Origin: Lachnospiraceae bacterium
GTDB taxonomy: Bacteria; Bacillota; Clostridia; Lachnospirales; Lachnospiraceae
Assembly: GCA_028693165.1 (NCBI GenBank)
Contig: JAQUVX010000025.1
Location: forward strand, 271-64,270
Reading direction: 5' to 3'
Length of the DNA stretch: 64,000 nucleotides
The stretch's first letter is position 1; each line of letters starts with the position of its first letter. Shown here piece by piece: positions 9,697 through 20,014 of this stretch. The position numbers and the translations under genes were made by a program. The notes under the pieces are model-generated. The model made no database searches. It had not been told where the DNA came from and saw nothing but the letters and a program-made list of their open reading frames with translations.

Positions 9697-10554
9697 TTAT
9701 GAGAGACCGAGCAGTTTCTTCGGAATGGTCTGCGTCATATAAGTAATTTGTTCTTTTGTGATTCCGTGATCGGATAAATACTGCATGTACTGCAAAAGTG
9801 CGATTTCCCAGTGCGGATTCTCTGTCTGTCCGCCGTCCGTATCGACCATGACATGATCGTAGCCGCAGGCCTCGATGGCTTCCAGATTAAGTTCCATGTT
9901 GCTCTTGTACCTTCCGCCGCCCATTGGCTGCGCGAAGCAGTGTTCCAGGATGACGCCGTAGTCTTTGACCAGACGGTACTGATCCTCGACGCTCATTCCC
10001 ACAAGCCACCATTCCGGGTGGGTGATAACGATCTTCTCGATTCCGCAGTTTTTCGCAGCCTCCACAACCGTAAAGCATTCGTCCGGAGAAATGTGCGCGG
10101 TGCCGAGGACGGCATCGTGTTCTTTCATCAGTTGAAAAATGGCGAGAAGCTCCGGGACAACCTTGCCGTCTTTTACCACCTCAACACAGTCCTTTGGATC
10201 TTTTTTGTTCTGAAGCAGGTGATTCCTGGCAGACTGTGTGGGAAGCCATACGACCTTTCCCCCCAGTTTTAATGCGTTCTCCACGGCGGTGGGATTGATC
10301 CCGCCGATGCCGCGGTTTAAGACAATACCTCCGAACATCTCGAATGCATTTGCCTCATGCATTTTTTTGTTGTACTGATTGACCAGCCACGCGCGTTCTA
10401 CGGTAGAGCCCAGATGGGACTTGATGACGATGGCCCTTGCGCCGACGCGGACAGCCGCATCGCACAGTTCGAAATCATCGTAGGCGCGGATGCGCAGGTC
10501 GGGATTGGTATGTACGTGCATATCAATGACCCCTTGTAAAGATACCTCTGACAT
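9697..10554 (-). CDS. Metal-dependent hydrolase of the amidohydrolase (TIM-barrel) superfamily
   Basis: The ATG at 10554 is preceded by AAAGGAGAAG. It has an N-terminal DMHVH (HxH) metal motif. It is divergent from a LysR gene. Confidence 0.6.
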   Translation of the reverse strand: MSEVSLQGVIDMHVHTNPDLRIRAYDDFELCDAAVRVGARAIVIKSHLGSTVERAWLVNQYNKKMHEANAFEMFGGIVLNRGIGGINPTAVENALKLGGKVVWLPTQSARNHLLQNKKDPKDCVEVVKDGKVVPELLAIFQLMKEHDAVLGTAHISPDECFTVVEAAKNCGIEKIVITHPEWWLVGMSVEDQYRLVKDYGVILEHCFAQPMGGGRYKSNMELNLEAIEACGYDHVMVDTDGGQTENPHWEIALLQYMQYLSDHGITKEQITYMTQTIPKKLLGLS

Positions 10555-10722
10555 GAAATGCTTCTCCTTTCTGTGAAAGATGATTCTTACCGGTTGAATT
10601 ATCGTTGTATTTATCATATACTAAATTTGATATCGATGGAAACACTTTAAATTGATGAACGATATCGGAAAAACCGATGGCGAAAATCAATAGAAACAGG
10701 TTCATGGAGAGGGGGAAAATGT

Positions 10723-11646
10723 ATGGATCACAGAGCGTTGGAATATATCGTTGCACTGGCGGAAGAGCACAGCGTGTCGAAAGCGGCGGCACGGCTTTAT
10801 ATGGCGCAGTCCAGCCTGAGCCAGTTTTTGAAAAAGCAGGAGGAAGAGCTGGGAACCTCGCTGTTTCACCGGACGACAACCGGAATCCGGCCGACCGATG
10901 CAGGGCGGATCTATGTGGATTATGCCTACAAGACGTTGAACGATTTCCGGCAGATCCAGAGTCAGATCAGTGATATGGAGGCGGTCGGCGCGGGTGAGGT
11001 GCTGTTTGGCATCAGCACCTACCGGGGCACCTATCTGATGCCGCATATTTTGAAGGAGTTTTCCCAGGTCTGTCCGAAGGTGAAGATCATCATCCGGGAG
11101 CACAACAGCCTGGCGCTGGAGGAGCTGGTCTCGACGGGGCGGCTTGATATGGCGCTGGTCGTTTTGCCCATGCAGAAAGCGACGACCCCCATCAACTTTA
11201 TGATGAAGGACGAAGTCATGATCGTGGCACAGAAGCAGCATCCGGCCTTGAAGTATGCGAATATCATGGAAGGGGAAAATGGATTTGCATATGTAGAACT
11301 GGAAGACATTGCAGATTATGAATTTTTGCTGAGCAGCCATGACACGATCCTTGGAAATGTTGCAGAGCGGCAGTTTCAGCTGCATGGAATCCGCCCCCAC
11401 AGTGCCAACACAAGCCTGTCCGCCCAGTTCGCAGCAGCGATGGCCAGACAGGGGCTTGGATTGGCATTTACTTACCGGTCCTGCATGGAAGAGAGGGAGG
11501 ATGTCGTCTATCTTTCCATTGGGAGAGAGCGGCTTTATATCGATCTGGGACTTACCTATCCCAGCGAATACCGAAGCAGGGCGACCAGTGAATTCACCAA
11601 GGTTTTAATCAAGAGCTGGTATCAGATGGAACATCAGTCGTTGTAA
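10723..11646 (+). CDS. LysR family transcriptional regulator
   Basis: The N-terminal wHTH (LEYIVALAEEHSVSKAAARLYMAQSSLSQ) and overall length are typical of LysR regulators. Confidence 0.85.
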   Translation: MDHRALEYIVALAEEHSVSKAAARLYMAQSSLSQFLKKQEEELGTSLFHRTTTGIRPTDAGRIYVDYAYKTLNDFRQIQSQISDMEAVGAGEVLFGISTYRGTYLMPHILKEFSQVCPKVKIIIREHNSLALEELVSTGRLDMALVVLPMQKATTPINFMMKDEVMIVAQKQHPALKYANIMEGENGFAYVELEDIADYEFLLSSHDTILGNVAERQFQLHGIRPHSANTSLSAQFAAAMARQGLGLAFTYRSCMEEREDVVYLSIGRERLYIDLGLTYPSEYRSRATSEFTKVLIKSWYQMEHQSL

Positions 11647-13094
11647 TGATAGCTGTCCAGGAGCTGATTCTTCATGTGCCACAGCTCGTTGGAGAGATCC
11701 ACGTGCACCCGGTGCGGGAATTCCAGACGAAGGGATTCCTCCCAGAGCGTCGCCAGCTCCTGCTTGCAGTATTTCTGGATGTCCATGACTTTCGGAGATT
11801 CGTAGACGCATTTGCCGTCCTGGAAGATCGGAACCAGAAGTTCGCGCAGGGTGTAGCTGCCCGGAGCAAGATGGGTCTTCTTCCAGGTCTCGATTGGGTC
11901 GAAGAGCAGCAGGGATTTGGAAGAATCAAATTTCTCATCCACCAGACAGATCAGATCGGCGATGATCTTGCCGCTGTTCTTGTCGTAGATTCGCTGGATG
12001 GTCTTATTGCCCGGGTTGGTGATCTTCTCGGCATTCTCGGAGAGCTTGATCTTCGGGATGAATTTGCCGGTCTCCTTATCCATGATGGCAGCCAGCTTGT
12101 ACACGCCGCCGAAGGACGGGCAGTCCTTGGAGGTGATCAGGTTCGTGCCGACACCCCAGGAATTGATTGTGGCGCCCTGAAGCTTTAAGGAAGTGATCAG
12201 AGTCTCATCCAGATCGTTGGAGGCGGAGATCACCGCATCCGGGAATCCGGCTGCATCCAGCATCTTCTTTGCTTTCTTTGAGAGGTAAGCGAGGTCACCG
12301 CTGTCGAGGCGGATGCCGTAGAAGGTCAGCGGAATGCCGGCTTCCTTCATCTCCTGGAAAACCTTGATGGCATTCGGAATGCCGGAATTTAAGGTGTCAT
12401 AGGTGTCAACCAGCAGAATGCATGCGGTCGGATAAAGCTTTGCATAGGTACGGAATGCGGTCAGCTCATCCGGGAAGCTCATGATCCAGCTGTGGGCGTG
12501 CGTGCCCTTGACCGGAACATCGAACATCTTGCCGCAGAGCACGTTGGAGGTGCCGATACATCCGGCGATCATCGCAGCACGGGCACCGTAGATGCCGGCA
12601 TCCGGACCCTGTGCGCGGCGCAGACCGAATTCCATGACCCCGTCACCCTTTGCCGCATAGACCACGCGGGCCGCCTTGGTGGCGATCAGGGACTGATGGT
12701 TGATGATGTTGAGGAGCGCGGTCTCGACAAGCTGTGCCTCCATGATTGGCGCAATGACTTTGATCAGCGGTTCACGCGGAAAGATCACGGTACCCTCCGG
12801 AATTGCATAGATATCACCGGAGAAGCGGAAGTTTTTCAGATAAGCAAGGAAATCCTCCTCGAATAGTCCGATCGAGCGGAGATAATCAATATCATCCGCA
12901 TCAAAATGCAGATCCTTGATGTAATCGATGACCTGATCGAGTCCTGCACAGACTGCGTAGCCGCCGCTGTTGGGATTGTTGCGGTAAAAGGCATCGAAGA
13001 TTACGGTCTCGTTGGCATCTTTTTCTTTAAAATAGCCCTGCATCATCGTCAGTTCATACAGATCGGTCAGCAGGGTCAGGTTGTGTTCACTCAT
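11634..13094 (-). CDS. pncB: Nicotinate phosphoribosyltransferase
   Basis: The N-terminus LLTDLYELTMMQGYF and length fit PncB. The start at 13094 (MSEHNL) was chosen over the longer ORF start. Confidence 0.9.
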   Translation of the reverse strand: MSEHNLTLLTDLYELTMMQGYFKEKDANETVIFDAFYRNNPNSGGYAVCAGLDQVIDYIKDLHFDADDIDYLRSIGLFEEDFLAYLKNFRFSGDIYAIPEGTVIFPREPLIKVIAPIMEAQLVETALLNIINHQSLIATKAARVVYAAKGDGVMEFGLRRAQGPDAGIYGARAAMIAGCIGTSNVLCGKMFDVPVKGTHAHSWIMSFPDELTAFRTYAKLYPTACILLVDTYDTLNSGIPNAIKVFQEMKEAGIPLTFYGIRLDSGDLAYLSKKAKKMLDAAGFPDAVISASNDLDETLITSLKLQGATINSWGVGTNLITSKDCPSFGGVYKLAAIMDKETGKFIPKIKLSENAEKITNPGNKTIQRIYDKNSGKIIADLICLVDEKFDSSKSLLLFDPIETWKKTHLAPGSYTLRELLVPIFQDGKCVYESPKVMDIQKYCKQELATLWEESLRLEFPHRVHVDLSNELWHMKNQLLDSYHYND

Positions 13095-13244
13095 GGGGAT
13101 CTCCTTTATTTGTAAAATATTGGTAAAGATTAAAGTGTAGTATAACATTGGATGTAAAAAAATACAAATGATTGATAAAAAAATAACAAATTGTATACTA
13201 TCAGTAAGAAACCTGAGCATACATAAACGGGGAGAATTATATTG

Positions 13245-13817
13245 ATGTCAAAAGAGAGCGCTGAAACAATGTACCGATTTGGAAAAAAATGTTGGTATGC
13301 AATTCTGATATTTGGTTTTGCGATTTGGGTTCTAAATAGAATTGGATATACTTTTTACGTAAACTCGTATCTTTACTTCCATGCAATGATATGTATCATT
13401 GTGGGACTCGCTTTTGCTATGGCAGTAGGGAATCAAATATACAAAAAGAAACCATTGAGGTGGATTATATTCACAGGGATTGCAGGAATTATTACGGTTT
13501 TATGTTTCCAGGTCCGATATGGTCAAGAGCGCGCGGCACATAGTTATATAGCAGAAGTGAGTTCTCCGGATGGTCAACACGTTATTGTGTTATACGAATA
13601 CAGAGGAATGTTTCTTAATTATGGAACTGTCTATGAAACGGTATCCCCTTTATTTATGAAAAAGATGGGCAATTATTCCTGCGAAAATGTTAGCCCGGCA
13701 AGAGAAAACGCTTACCAGATTGCATGGGAGGATGATGGCTTTATTTTCCGCTATCAATTTCAGCGGATGTCTGAAAGATATAGTGTGGAGAATGCGCTTG
13801 CGTTAAAATATGAATGA
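13245..13817 (+). CDS. Hypothetical membrane protein in an AT-rich islet
   Basis: ORF with three predicted TM segments, visibly lower G+C than the flanks, no family recognised. Confidence 0.45.
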   Translation: MSKESAETMYRFGKKCWYAILIFGFAIWVLNRIGYTFYVNSYLYFHAMICIIVGLAFAMAVGNQIYKKKPLRWIIFTGIAGIITVLCFQVRYGQERAAHSYIAEVSSPDGQHVIVLYEYRGMFLNYGTVYETVSPLFMKKMGNYSCENVSPARENAYQIAWEDDGFIFRYQFQRMSERYSVENALALKYE

Positions 13818-13929
13818 CCTTCCAAGATATAAAGAACATCAAATGTGCGATGCGAAGCGAATATGCGCGGCATGTTTTCGCGCCTATCGCTTGACATTTC
13901 CTGCCAGAATCAATATAATAGTGAAGAAT

Positions 13930-14204
13930 ACGTATAAACAGAGACGAAGACGGAGACAGTAGAACTGCATGGAACGCCAAAGCGAGCCGGGGAAGGTGAG
14001 AGCCCGGAGCCAGTACAGCAGCGTTGAAAATCACTCCCGAGTCGCAGACTGAAGCGGTGATCCGGGAACATGGATCGCGAGTAGGCCGAGCCGGATTTCC
14101 CCCGTTAACAGGAACTCATATGACAGTATGCAGTAATAGGTGGTTAGAATGGCGTAATACAGTCCTTCTCCTGTTCGCAGGGGGTGGGCTTTTTTTTATT
14201 TTTT
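13930..14204 (+). promoter_or_regulatory. T-box leader (Ile specifier AUC) controlling ileS
   Basis: Stem I elements are present: AGAGA, AGUA, and the distal AGCGAGCCGGGGAAGGUGAGAGCCCGG. The specifier context is GAA-A-AUC-A at 14030..14032. A T-box-like AAUAGGUGGUUA is followed by a terminator hairpin plus U-run ending at 14204, just upstream of ileS. Confidence 0.8.
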
Positions 14205-14244
14205 AAAGAAAGTCAGAAGCAAATACGAATGGAGGCAATGAACT

Positions 14245-17200
14245 ATGTACGAGAAAGTACCTACAAATCTCAACTTTGTAGACCGCGAGAAAAACGTGGA
14301 GACGTTCTGGGAAGAGCATGACATTTTCCAGAAGAGCATGGATTCGAGAAAAGAGGGCGAGACCTATACCTTCTATGACGGACCGCCTACCGCTAACGGC
14401 AAGCCGCACATCGGTCACGTGCTGACCCGTGTCATCAAGGACATGATTCCGCGTTACCGCACCATGAAGGGTTATATGGTGCCGCGTAAGGCAGGCTGGG
14501 ATACCCACGGACTTCCGGTGGAGCTGGAAGTGGAGAAGCTGCTGGGACTGGACGGCAAGGAACAGATCGAGCAGTATGGTCTGGAGCCGTTCATCGCACA
14601 CTGCAAGGAGAGCGTCTGGAAATACAAGGGGATGTGGGAGGATTTCTCCGGCACCGTTGGATTCTGGGCGGATATGGAGCATCCTTACGTGACCTATCAT
14701 AATGATTTCATCGAATCTGAGTGGTGGGCACTGAAGCAGATCTGGGAAAAGGGACTTTTGTACAAAGGCTTCAAGATCGTTCCTTACTGCCCGCGCTGCG
14801 GAACCCCGCTGTCCAGCCATGAGGTGGCTCAGGGCTACAAGGATGTCAAGGAGCGCTCCGCGATTGTGCGCTTCAAGGCCAAAGGCGAGGATGCTTATAT
14901 TTTAGCATGGACCACAACTCCGTGGACCCTGCCGTCCAACGTGGCGCTGTGCATGAACCCGAATGAGACCTATGTGAAGGTTCAGTCCGGCGGCTATACC
15001 TATTATATGGCAGAGGCACTTTGTGATAAAGTGCTTGGCGAAGAATATACTGTACTGGAACATTATACCGGTAAAGATCTGGAAGGCAAGGAGTATGAGC
15101 CGCTGTACGACTGCGCCGCAAAGGTTGCAGAAAAGCAGCGCAAGAAAGCGTTTTATGTAACCTGTGATACCTATGTTACGCTGACCGATGGTACCGGCGT
15201 AGTTCACATCGCACCTGCATTCGGTGAAGACGATTCCAAAGTCGGCAGAAGATATGACCTGCCGTTTGTTCAGCTGGTGGATGCCAAGGGCGATATGACG
15301 CAGGACACTCCGTTTGCCGGACTGTTCGTCAAGAAAGCGGACCCGAAGGTGCTGGAGGACTTGGAGAGCAGAGGTCTTCTCTTTGCTGCACCGAAGTTCG
15401 AGCACAGCTATCCGCACTGCTGGAGATGTGATACCCCGCTGATCTACTATGCGAGAGAGTCCTGGTTCATCAAGATGACGGCGGTAAAGGAAGATCTGAT
15501 CCGCAACAACAATACGATCAACTGGATTCCGGAGAGCATCGGCAAGGGCCGTTTCGGCGACTGGCTGGAGAATGTTCAGGACTGGGGCGTCAGCCGTAAC
15601 CGTTACTGGGGAACTCCGCTCAACATCTGGGAGTGTGAGTGCGGCGAGCAGCACTCCATTGGAAGCATCGAGGAATTAAAGAGCATGTCTCCGAACTGCC
15701 CGGATGATATCGAGCTGCACCGCCCATTCATCGACAATGTGACCATCACCTGTCCGAAATGCGGAAAGCAGATGAAGCGTGTGCCGGAGGTGATCGACTG
15801 CTGGTTCGATTCCGGTTCCATGCCGTTTGCACAGCATCATTATCCGTTTGAAAATCAGGATCTGTTTGAACAGCAGTTCCCGGCAGATTTCATCTCCGAG
15901 GCGGTGGATCAGACAAGAGGATGGTTCTATTCCCTGCTTGCGATCTCGACCCTGATCTTCAACAAAGCTCCTTATAAGAACGTGATCGTTCTGGGCCATG
16001 TACAGGATGAGAACGGACAGAAGATGAGTAAGTCCAAGGGCAACGCGGTTGATCCGTTCGACGCGCTGAAAACCTACGGCGCAGATGCGATCCGCTGGTA
16101 CTTCTATGTTAACAGTGCACCGTGGCTGCCGAACCGTTTCCATGGCAAGGCTGTTCAGGAAGGACAGCGCAAATTCATGGGAACTCTGTGGAATACCTAT
16201 GCATTTTTTGTACTTTATGCCAATATTGACAATTTCGATGCGGGCAAATATACTTTAGAGTATGACAAACTACCCGTTATGGACAAATGGCTGCTGTCCA
16301 AGATGAATTCCATGGTCAAGGCTGTGGACGAGAATCTCGGCAGTTACCGGATCCCGGAGGCGGCGAGAGCGCTTCAGGAGTTTGTCGATGATATGAGCAA
16401 CTGGTATGTAAGACGAAGCCGTGAGCGTTTCTGGGCGAAGGGCATGGAACAGGATAAGATCAATGCCTATATGACGCTCTATACCGCTCTGGTGACTGTA
16501 GCGAAGGCTGCCGCACCGATGATTCCGTTTATGACAGAGGACATTTACCAGAATCTGGTAAGAAGTGTTGATAAGACCGCTCCGGAGAGTGTACATCTGT
16601 GTGACTTCCCGGCGGTGGATGAGATGCATATCGACCGGCAGCTGGAAGATGACATGGATGAGGTTCTGGATATCGTCGTACTTGGCCGTGCCGCCAGAAA
16701 TACGGCAAACATCAAGAACCGCCAGCCGATCGGAACCATGTATGTGAAAGCCGATCACGGACTGTCCGAATTCTATGTGGAGATTATCGAAGATGAACTG
16801 AATGTAAAGAAGGTTGAGTTTGTGGAGGATGTCCGCAGCTTCACTTCTTACAGCTTTAAACCGCAGCTTAAAACCGTTGGACCGAAATATGGCAAACAGC
16901 TTGGAAATATCCGAAAGACTTTGGCAGAGATCGACGGCAATGCCGCGATGGATACCCTGAAAGCAGAAGGTGCGCTGAAGTTCGATTTTGGCGGAGAGGA
17001 AGTGGTACTGACAGAAGAAGATCTGCTGATCGACATGGCACAGACCGAAGGCTATGTGTCTGAGAGCGACAATAAGGTTACGGTAGCACTGGATACCAAT
17101 CTGACACCGGAACTGATCGAGGAGGGCTTTGTCCGCGAGCTGGTCAGCAAGATTCAGACCATGCGAAAGGAAGCCGGCTTCGAGGTGACCGATCATATCC

Positions 17201-17379
17201 GGGTATATCAGGATCAGAATCAAAAGATTGCAGAGATTTTGAACGTACATGCTGAAACAATCAAACGTGAGGTACTTGCCGATGACATTTTGCCGGGCCA
17301 GATGGGCGGATACGCAAAAGAGTGGAACATCAACGGTGAGGATGGAATGTTAGGCGTCGAGAAGACTGACCGTGACTAG
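14245..17379 (+). CDS. ileS: Isoleucine--tRNA ligase
   Basis: HIGH-type motif (PHIGHVLT) and KMSKS motif in a 1044-aa protein, preceded by a T-box with an Ile codon. Confidence 0.97.
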   Translation: MYEKVPTNLNFVDREKNVETFWEEHDIFQKSMDSRKEGETYTFYDGPPTANGKPHIGHVLTRVIKDMIPRYRTMKGYMVPRKAGWDTHGLPVELEVEKLLGLDGKEQIEQYGLEPFIAHCKESVWKYKGMWEDFSGTVGFWADMEHPYVTYHNDFIESEWWALKQIWEKGLLYKGFKIVPYCPRCGTPLSSHEVAQGYKDVKERSAIVRFKAKGEDAYILAWTTTPWTLPSNVALCMNPNETYVKVQSGGYTYYMAEALCDKVLGEEYTVLEHYTGKDLEGKEYEPLYDCAAKVAEKQRKKAFYVTCDTYVTLTDGTGVVHIAPAFGEDDSKVGRRYDLPFVQLVDAKGDMTQDTPFAGLFVKKADPKVLEDLESRGLLFAAPKFEHSYPHCWRCDTPLIYYARESWFIKMTAVKEDLIRNNNTINWIPESIGKGRFGDWLENVQDWGVSRNRYWGTPLNIWECECGEQHSIGSIEELKSMSPNCPDDIELHRPFIDNVTITCPKCGKQMKRVPEVIDCWFDSGSMPFAQHHYPFENQDLFEQQFPADFISEAVDQTRGWFYSLLAISTLIFNKAPYKNVIVLGHVQDENGQKMSKSKGNAVDPFDALKTYGADAIRWYFYVNSAPWLPNRFHGKAVQEGQRKFMGTLWNTYAFFVLYANIDNFDAGKYTLEYDKLPVMDKWLLSKMNSMVKAVDENLGSYRIPEAARALQEFVDDMSNWYVRRSRERFWAKGMEQDKINAYMTLYTALVTVAKAAAPMIPFMTEDIYQNLVRSVDKTAPESVHLCDFPAVDEMHIDRQLEDDMDEVLDIVVLGRAARNTANIKNRQPIGTMYVKADHGLSEFYVEIIEDELNVKKVEFVEDVRSFTSYSFKPQLKTVGPKYGKQLGNIRKTLAEIDGNAAMDTLKAEGALKFDFGGEEVVLTEEDLLIDMAQTEGYVSESDNKVTVALDTNLTPELIEEGFVRELVSKIQTMRKEAGFEVTDHIRVYQDQNQKIAEILNVHAETIKREVLADDILPGQMGGYAKEWNINGEDGMLGVEKTDRD

Positions 17380-17409
17380 AGAGCACGGCAGAACAGGAGG
17401 AAAGCCAGA

Positions 17410-19866
17410 ATGAATAAGGGATTCGACAAGGAAACATTTAAAAAGAACGTTACCTACAACGTGAAGAGTCTGTACCGCAAGACCGTTGATGAGGCAACCC
17501 CGCAGCAGGTATTTCAGGCAGTGGCATTTGCTGTGAAGGATGTCATCATTGACGAGTGGATCGCCACACACAAGGAGTACGAGAAGAAGGATGTCAAGAC
17601 TCTGTACTACCTGTCCATGGAATTTTTGATGGGCCGTGCCCTGGGCAACAATATCATCAACATCATGGCGAAAGACGAGATCCGGGAGGCGCTTGATGAG
17701 CTGGGCTTTGACCTGAATCTGATTGAGGATCAGGAGCCGGATGCAGCGCTTGGCAACGGCGGTCTTGGCCGTCTGGCAGCCTGCTTTCTGGATTCGCTGG
17801 CGACGCTGGGATATCCGGCTTACGGCTGCGGAATCCGTTATCGCTATGGTATGTTCAAGCAGAAGATCGAGAACGGCTATCAGATCGAGGTTCCGGATGA
17901 GTGGCTGAAGGAGGGCAACCCCTTCGAGGTAAGACGTTCCGAGTATGCGACCGAAGTCAAATTCGGCGGTTATGTCAAAACCGTCTGGGAGAATGGCAAG
18001 GAGAAATTCGTGCAGGAGGGCTATCAGTCCGTTATGGCAGTACCTTATGATCTGCCGGTTGTGGGCTACGGCAACAACGTGGTCAACACCCTGCGCATCT
18101 GGGATGCACAGCCGATCAACACCTTCAGTCTGGATTCCTTCGACCGCGGCGATTATCAGAAGGCCGTAGAGCAGGAGAACCTTGCAAAGAATATCTGCGA
18201 GGTGCTTTATCCGAACGACAACCACTATGCGGGAAAAGAGCTGCGTCTGAAACAGCAGTATTTCTTCATCTCCGCAAGTGTACAGCGCGCGATCATCAAA
18301 TACATGGAGAAGCACGACGATGTGCGCAGCTTCCATGAGAAGAATGTATTCCAGTTAAATGATACCCATCCGACGGTTGCAGTGGCAGAGCTGATGCGCA
18401 TCCTGTTAGACGAGTATGGTCTGACCTGGGATGAGGCGTGGGCGGTTACCACCAAGACCTGTGCCTACACCAACCACACGATCATGGCAGAGGCATTGGA
18501 GAAATGGCCGATCGAGCTGTTCTCCAGACTGCTTCCGCGTGTATATCAGATCGTGGAGGAGATCAACCGCCGCTTCATCGAGAAGATCCAGCAGCAGTAT
18601 CCGGGCGACCAGAGCAAGGTTGCCAAGATGGCGATCATTTACGACGGTCAGGTCAAGATGGCACATATGGCGATCGCAGCCAGCTTCTCCGTCAACGGCG
18701 TTGCACGTCTGCATACCGAGATTTTAAAGAATCAGGAGCTGAAGGATTTCTATCAGATGATGCCGGAGAAATTCAACAACAAGACCAACGGTATTACCCA
18801 GAGAAGATTCCTGCTGCACGGCAATCCGCTGCTGGCTGACTGGGTTACCGGCAAGATCGGCGACGAGTGGATCACGGATCTGTCTGCGCTCAGCAAGCTG
18901 AAGTTGTATGTGGAGGACGAGAAATGCCAGCACGAGTTCATGAACATCAAATATCAGAACAAGGTACGTCTGGCAAAATATATTAAGCAGAACAATGGCA
19001 TCGACGTAGATCCGCGCTCCATCTTTGATGTGCAGGTAAAACGTCTCCATGAGTATAAGCGCCAGCTGATGAACATCCTTCATGTGATGTATCTGTACAA
19101 TCAGCTCAAGGACAATCCAAACCTGGATATGGTTCCGAGAACCTTTATCTTCGGCGCGAAGGCGGCGGCAGGCTACAAGCGTGCGAAGCTGACCATCAAG
19201 CTGATCAACTCCGTAGCGGACGTGATCAACAACGACGCTTCCATCAACGGCAAGATCAAGGTTGTATTTATCGAGGATTACCGTGTATCCAACGCAGAAA
19301 CCATCTTTGCAGCAGCGGATGTCAGCGAACAGATTTCGACAGCCAGCAAGGAAGCTTCCGGTACCGGCAACATGAAGTTTATGCTGAACGGCGCTCTCAC
19401 TGTGGGAACCATGGACGGTGCCAACGTGGAGATCGTGGAAGAAGTTGGCCAGGAGAATGCCTTTATCTTTGGAACCTCCTCCGACGAGATCATCGAGCTG
19501 GAGCACAACCGGAGCTACGATCCGATGCAGATCTTCAACAGTGATCAGGACATCCGCCGCGTGCTGATGCAGCTGATCAACGGTTACTATTCTCCGCAGG
19601 ATCCGGAGCTGTTCCGCGATATCTACAACTCGCTCCTGAACACACAGAGCAGCGACCGCGCAGATACCTACTTCATCCTGAAGGATTTCCGGATGTACGC
19701 AGAGGCGCAGAAGCGTGTCGATGAGTCTTACCGCGATGAGAAATGGTGGGCGAAGGCAGCGATGCTCAACACCGCCTGCAGCGGCAAGTTCAGTTCTGAC
19801 CGTACGATCGAAGAGTATGTGAAGGATATCTGGCATTTGAAGAAAGTGAAAGTGGAATTGAAATAA
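17410..19866 (+). CDS. glgP: Glycogen/maltodextrin phosphorylase
   Basis: 818-aa protein with the PLP-site region EASGTGNMKFMLNGALTVGTMDGANVE. Confidence 0.95.
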   Translation: MNKGFDKETFKKNVTYNVKSLYRKTVDEATPQQVFQAVAFAVKDVIIDEWIATHKEYEKKDVKTLYYLSMEFLMGRALGNNIINIMAKDEIREALDELGFDLNLIEDQEPDAALGNGGLGRLAACFLDSLATLGYPAYGCGIRYRYGMFKQKIENGYQIEVPDEWLKEGNPFEVRRSEYATEVKFGGYVKTVWENGKEKFVQEGYQSVMAVPYDLPVVGYGNNVVNTLRIWDAQPINTFSLDSFDRGDYQKAVEQENLAKNICEVLYPNDNHYAGKELRLKQQYFFISASVQRAIIKYMEKHDDVRSFHEKNVFQLNDTHPTVAVAELMRILLDEYGLTWDEAWAVTTKTCAYTNHTIMAEALEKWPIELFSRLLPRVYQIVEEINRRFIEKIQQQYPGDQSKVAKMAIIYDGQVKMAHMAIAASFSVNGVARLHTEILKNQELKDFYQMMPEKFNNKTNGITQRRFLLHGNPLLADWVTGKIGDEWITDLSALSKLKLYVEDEKCQHEFMNIKYQNKVRLAKYIKQNNGIDVDPRSIFDVQVKRLHEYKRQLMNILHVMYLYNQLKDNPNLDMVPRTFIFGAKAAAGYKRAKLTIKLINSVADVINNDASINGKIKVVFIEDYRVSNAETIFAAADVSEQISTASKEASGTGNMKFMLNGALTVGTMDGANVEIVEEVGQENAFIFGTSSDEIIELEHNRSYDPMQIFNSDQDIRRVLMQLINGYYSPQDPELFRDIYNSLLNTQSSDRADTYFILKDFRMYAEAQKRVDESYRDEKWWAKAAMLNTACSGKFSSDRTIEEYVKDIWHLKKVKVELK

Positions 19867-19876
19867 AGAAGGGAAG

Positions 19877-19914
19877 AGCCGCCAGTGCGAATGATCACAC
19901 TGGGCGGCTTTTTC
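19877..19914 (+). terminator. Intrinsic terminator after glgP
   Basis: AGCCGCCAGTG / CACTGGGCGGCT stem followed by TTTTT. Confidence 0.8.
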
Positions 19915-20014
19915 TCTGGATTTCCGTCTGGCCGGTCGCATTATGTTGCAGATCTAATCGGTTTCGTCTATAATGAGTGCAGACGGGTTCGATTGTTTTT
20001 AGAAAGAGGTATCT

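Noticed and set aside
16270-19941. Long antisense ORFs (16270..17250, 17350..18336, 18724..19941, all minus strand)
   Set aside because: They lie entirely inside ileS and glgP, which have unmistakable motifs. High G+C reduces stop codon frequency on the opposite strand. The products have no recognisable domains.
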